DNA from: a virus | Taxonomy: Duplodnaviria > Caudoviricetes | Reading direction: 5' to 3' (one strand) | DNA length: 64,000 bases | Virus record (IMG/VR): IMGVR_UViG_3300033555_000001 | Span: 224,001-288,000 of that record | In this document: positions 60,878 through 64,000 of the stretch, one piece after another | Numbering within the stretch: position 1 is the first letter of the stretch | Layout of the letters: each line of letters starts with the position of its first letter | Notes under the pieces: model-generated | The model's input: the letters and a program-made list of their open reading frames with translations, nothing else | What the model was told of the DNA's origin: nothing | Databases searched by the model: none | Position numbers and translations under genes: made by a program

Positions 60878-61056
60878 AGTCTTAACTCAAGCAGTTCGAG
60901 CCCGCTAATATTTGCCATTCAATATTAATATAATAACAACATAATAGCGCTAAATAGTAGCGTGCTGGTTCAAGTCCAGCACAAGAACATAGCGCAGCCC
61001 CCGGAACTGCGTCTGTATAAGTTAAATCCGGGCTAATTTAACTTACGAGGTTAAAA

Positions 61057-61983
61057 ATGAAAGTTCTACTCTTGGCGCTCCTGTTCAGTGCTTCGGTGGC
61101 AGCCGCACCAAAAAATACCACCGCAAAAATTCCAGTACAAGACCGACCAGAGTTTCAGGAAACGCTGAACTTGCAAATCCTCCTGGATCGGGCTCATTTT
61201 TCAACGGGTGAAATTGACGGTGTTCCAAGCGTTAAAATTACGCGAGCACTCAAAGCATTTCAGGAACAAAATAATTTAGAAATTACCGGAGTGCCTGACG
61301 CTGGAACTACGCAAGCGCTAAACGCGACGGCCGAGAATATGCTGATCGACTATACGTTAACTGCAGCTGATTTAGATGTCAAGTTAGTAAAGAGTATACC
61401 TCGCACCATGCTGGCAAAGAGTAAACTACAACGCCTGCGCTATACTTCACTCTCTGAAGCACTGAGTGAACGTTTTCAGGTAAGCCCTAATGTTTTTAAA
61501 TTTCTGAATCCAACTGCAACATTCTCTGTTGGCAGCACCGTTAAAATTCCGGCAGTGGGAGGACCTCTCGCGGCTCAAGTAAGCTCAATAGTGGTCAGTA
61601 AAGCAAACAGCTCACTCACTCTGCGAGATGCGCAGAATAAAATTGTCGGGTATTACCCAGTAACACTTGGTGCTCAAGTATCTCCATCGCCGAGTGGAAC
61701 TTTAAAAGTTAAGTCAATCACAAAGAATCCGTATTACAATTACGATCCAGAGCGCTTTGAGAGTAAAGGCACAACAATTAAAGTAACGCTTCCACCAGGT
61801 CCAAACAACCCAGTAGGTTTAGTCTGGATTGCGCTGTCAAAGCGGCACTATGGAATTCATGGAACGCCCGATCCGTCTAAGATTTCAAAGACGAATTCAC
61901 ACGGCTGTATTAGATTAGTAAACTGGGATGCACTTGAAGTTGCAGATGCTGTTGCAGCGGGCGTGCCAGTTTTGATAGAATAA
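61057..61983 (+). CDS. L,D-transpeptidase (YkuD) with peptidoglycan-binding domain
   Basis: Signal peptide, GEIDG...ALKAFQ...TG PG-binding, YGIHGT...SHGCIRL. Confidence 0.9.
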   Translation: MKVLLLALLFSASVAAAPKNTTAKIPVQDRPEFQETLNLQILLDRAHFSTGEIDGVPSVKITRALKAFQEQNNLEITGVPDAGTTQALNATAENMLIDYTLTAADLDVKLVKSIPRTMLAKSKLQRLRYTSLSEALSERFQVSPNVFKFLNPTATFSVGSTVKIPAVGGPLAAQVSSIVVSKANSSLTLRDAQNKIVGYYPVTLGAQVSPSPSGTLKVKSITKNPYYNYDPERFESKGTTIKVTLPPGPNNPVGLVWIALSKRHYGIHGTPDPSKISKTNSHGCIRLVNWDALEVADAVAAGVPVLIE

Positions 61984-61987
61984 AAAC

Positions 61988-62061
61988 GCCCCGTTAGCCG
62001 AGTGATAAGGCCCTTACTTGTAGTAAGGAGATCGTCTGTTTGATTCAGACACGGGGCACCA
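61988..62061 (+). tRNA. tRNA-Thr(TGT), second copy, divergent
   Basis: GCCCCGT/ACGGGGC, CCTTA-CTTGTAG-TAAGG. Confidence 0.82.
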
Positions 62062-62065
62062 AGTT

Positions 62066-62183
62066 CTAGTGTTAGCATAGTGGAAGTGCAACCCTCTAGG
62101 GTAGGATTCCGTTCGATTCGGATGCGAGTATGGTAACCGTAAATCCGCAAGGGGAGGCGTCAGTTCGAATCTGGCACACTGGA
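62066..62183 (+). ncRNA. double-elbow tRNA-like RNA without anticodon
   Basis: CTAGTGT/ACACTGG acceptor enclosing two D-like and two T-loop arms. Confidence 0.45.
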
Positions 62184-62191
62184 AATAATAT

Positions 62192-62286
62192 GGTAAACGG
62201 CGCTGGTGCGCGGCGAATTCTTATAAAATTCGGAGATCGGGCAGATCGCCTGGAACGGCTGGGTTCGAATCCCAGGTTTACTACCA
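62192..62286 (+). tRNA. tRNA(TAT), Ile-like, atypical with large variable region
   Basis: GGTAAAC/GTTTACT, GAATT-CTTATAA-AATTC, CTGGG-TTCGAAT-CCCAG, ACCA. Confidence 0.55.
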
Positions 62287-62294
62287 AAACATAT

Positions 62295-62379
62295 GCGCCG
62301 TTGGTGGAACGGTAGACACACCGGGTTTAAGCCCCGACGAGCATGTCTCATGAGAGTTCGAATCTCTCACGGCGCACCA
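62295..62379 (+). tRNA. tRNA-Leu(TAA)
   Basis: GCGCCGT/ACGGCGC, TT-TAA-GC, long variable arm. Confidence 0.9.
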
Positions 62380-62440
62380 TCTTCAGGATCACTAAAAATT
62401 ACGCAGTGTTATAATGATTTCCTAACCTGGGAGGTTTATC

Positions 62441-63118
62441 ATGGCTGAAACTGTTTTTACTGATATGAGCGCAACGCAAAATCGCGTACTGCGAAATACA
62501 TACTGGTTGTTAGCGCTCTCGTTACTGCCAACAATTGCTGGTGCTTGGGCAGGTGTTGCATTTGGTTTTAGCGCACTGTTAATCGGCAGCCCAATTCTAT
62601 CTTTTGTATTATTTCTGGCGGTCGCGTTTGGATTCATCTTTGCGATTAACGCAACAAAAGATTCGGCGCTTGGAGTACCAATCCTGTTAGCCTTTACATT
62701 CTTCATGGGGCTGATCATGTCACCGCTGATTGGCACTGTGCTAGGCATGAAAAACGGCGTTAGCTTGGTATCGCTTGCCGCTGGCGGAACAGCTCTTATC
62801 TTTGCAGTAATGGCGATTGTGTCTTCAACGCTGAAACGTGATATTTCGGGCTGGGGAAAATATCTAACCATTGGTGTAGTCTGTTTGATTGTAGCAATGT
62901 TAGCAAATATGTGGTTCAAGCTGCCGCTCTTTGCACTGATAATTTCGGTTATTGCGGTGGTAATTTTTTCAGCCTTTTTGCTGTACGATTTGAAGCGAAT
63001 CGTTGATGGAGGCGAAACAAACTACGTCATGGCTACGCTTGCAATTTATCTTGATTTAGTTAATATCTTTCAGAATCTGCTCGCTGTTCTTGGGCTGACC
63101 GCCGGAAACGACGATTAG
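62441..63118 (+). CDS. yccA: Bax inhibitor-1 / YccA family membrane protein
   Basis: NRVLRNTYWLLALS, seven TM, GGETNYVMATL.IYLDLVNIF. Confidence 0.92.
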   Translation: MAETVFTDMSATQNRVLRNTYWLLALSLLPTIAGAWAGVAFGFSALLIGSPILSFVLFLAVAFGFIFAINATKDSALGVPILLAFTFFMGLIMSPLIGTVLGMKNGVSLVSLAAGGTALIFAVMAIVSSTLKRDISGWGKYLTIGVVCLIVAMLANMWFKLPLFALIISVIAVVIFSAFLLYDLKRIVDGGETNYVMATLAIYLDLVNIFQNLLAVLGLTAGNDD

Positions 63119-63124
63119 AAATTT

Positions 63125-63212
63125 GGAGACGTGGTAGAGTGGCCTAATGCACTCGGTTGCTAACCGAGAGGGTGTAACAGCCCCGTGAGTTCGAATCTCA
63201 CCGTCTCCGCCA
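63125..63212 (+). tRNA. tRNA-Ser(GCT)
   Basis: GGAGACG/CGTCTCC, TT-GCT-AA, long arm, G73. Confidence 0.93.
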
Positions 63213-63244
63213 GAATTAAAATTCTATAATATTAGAAAACTAAA

Positions 63245-63592
63245 ATGAAAAATATCTTTTTAGGACTTGGCTTATATCTTTTGTCTATAAGCATAAATGC
63301 ACAAACGCTTTATACTGTAGATAATGCTTACTCTGATCTGCACAGTACCCCCGTTAAATACCAAGGAGCTGTCGGTTATATTATGGGCGTAATACATACT
63401 GAATTTTTATCGGATCCACTGGTGTGTACCCCGCATAAATACACACTTGATGAATATAGAGATGCAAGTTATAAAACTGCATCACTGATGGTTGCGGTTT
63501 TAAAAACGCCAGCACCAATGATTCAGAGAAAAGAACCAGTCATAATTTTTATTTCTAACAACATGCAAAAATTGTTTCCTTGCACAAAATAG
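63245..63592 (+). CDS. secreted Rap1a/Tai-like immunity-family protein
   Basis: Signal peptide, GYIMGV...C.P, terminal LFPC. Confidence 0.55.
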   Translation: MKNIFLGLGLYLLSISINAQTLYTVDNAYSDLHSTPVKYQGAVGYIMGVIHTEFLSDPLVCTPHKYTLDEYRDASYKTASLMVAVLKTPAPMIQRKEPVIIFISNNMQKLFPCTK

Positions 63593-63678
63593 AAAGTTTT
63601 CCCTGATGGTGATGGGGTCCGTTTCGAAAGCGGTTCTATCGGCTAATACCGATAAGGGTTCGATTCCCTAACTTTCTG
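63591..63678 (+). tRNA. tRNA-Ser(CGA), no encoded CCA
   Basis: AGAAAGT/ACTTTCT, TT-CGA-AA, TATCGG/CCGATA long arm, G73. Confidence 0.75.
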
Positions 63679-63739
63679 GGCTGAATTTATAAACCCTGAT
63701 TTAACCAAATTGTTGATACAGAATGGAGTACTATTAAGT

Positions 63740-63814
63740 ATGTTTCTTATCACACTTTTAGTGTTTTATGCAGGTGTAGTTACCGGATTGTTTATCTCCA
63801 GTTGGAGAAAGTAG
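63740..63814 (+). CDS. small membrane peptide (24 aa)
   Basis: GGAG RBS; single TM. Confidence 0.35.
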   Translation: MFLITLLVFYAGVVTGLFISSWRK

Positions 63815-63824
63815 TACAGAATAT

Positions 63825-63916
63825 GGAAACTAAACCTTGATGGTGATAGGTCCCGCTTGGAAAGCGGGTAGAGCGGTTAATAGCCGCTTTCGGTTCGATT
63901 CCGATGGTTTCCGCCA
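63825..63916 (+). tRNA. tRNA-Ser(GGA)
   Basis: GGAAACT/GGTTTCC, TT-GGA-AA, long arm, GCCA. Confidence 0.9.
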
Positions 63917-64000
63917 AGTTGAGTGGTTCTCTGGTTAGCGCCGGAGACGTGGTAGACTGCGCAGTCATGTCTGATCCGTTGCAACGGTGAGGATTTCTAA

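Noticed and set aside
60960-60985. Additional tRNA
   Set aside because: Only an isolated T-arm (GTGCTGG-TTCAAGT-CCAGCAC) with no acceptor or anticodon arm.
150-62919. Many antisense or alternate-frame ORFs in the track (for example 847-1125, 9319-9783, 44684-45130, 52340-52576, 59120-59383, 62422-62919)
   Set aside because: They overlap well-supported genes or tRNAs, lack RBS and show no protein motifs.
1-64000. Genome-wide TAG recoding
   Set aside because: Long conserved genes (nrdA, nrdB, uvsW, lig, nadV) are complete in the standard code, and several genes clearly end at TAG; only one internal TAG was found.
63917-64000. Further tRNA or ncRNA at the window edge
   Set aside because: Only a hairpin (TCTCTGG/CCGGAGA) is visible and the sequence is truncated by the window.

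Overview
A 64-kb segment of a large lytic tailed phage (jumbo-phage-like, distantly T4-like). The host is probably a proteobacterium, since the YccA, L,D-transpeptidase and NadM genes look betaproteobacterial (inference). Region 0.1-23 kb holds replication, recombination and nucleotide metabolism: gp32-like SSB, UvsX/UvsY/UvsW, GH108 endolysin, NrdAB, glutaredoxin, dCMP deaminase, two separated DnaE fragments, clamp loader and two GroES. It also holds likely anti-defence genes, an Acb1 homolog and a T7 gp0.7-like kinase. Region 23.4-50.4 kb is an accessory region of small genes behind a recurring sigma70-like promoter. It includes DNA ligase, RNA ligase, the NadM-Nudix plus NAMPT NAD+ salvage pair, a triplicated gene, and a minus-strand operon of six paralogs built from a 26-aa repeat. 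Region 50.4-64 kb is an RNA/translation island. It contains a circularly permuted two-piece tmRNA, an amber-suppressor tRNA(CUA), a Pth2-like gene whose true start is followed by an in-frame TAG at codon 4, a hammerhead ribozyme abutting a tRNA, about 12 further tRNAs, several tRNA-like RNAs without a normal anticodon, and envelope proteins. The best candidate for a new system is amber-readthrough-gated Pth2 with its suppressor tRNA and the surrounding ribosome-rescue/tRNA-mimic island. The second is the late-promoter repeat-protein operon. All calls come from reading motifs by eye; no database searches were run.
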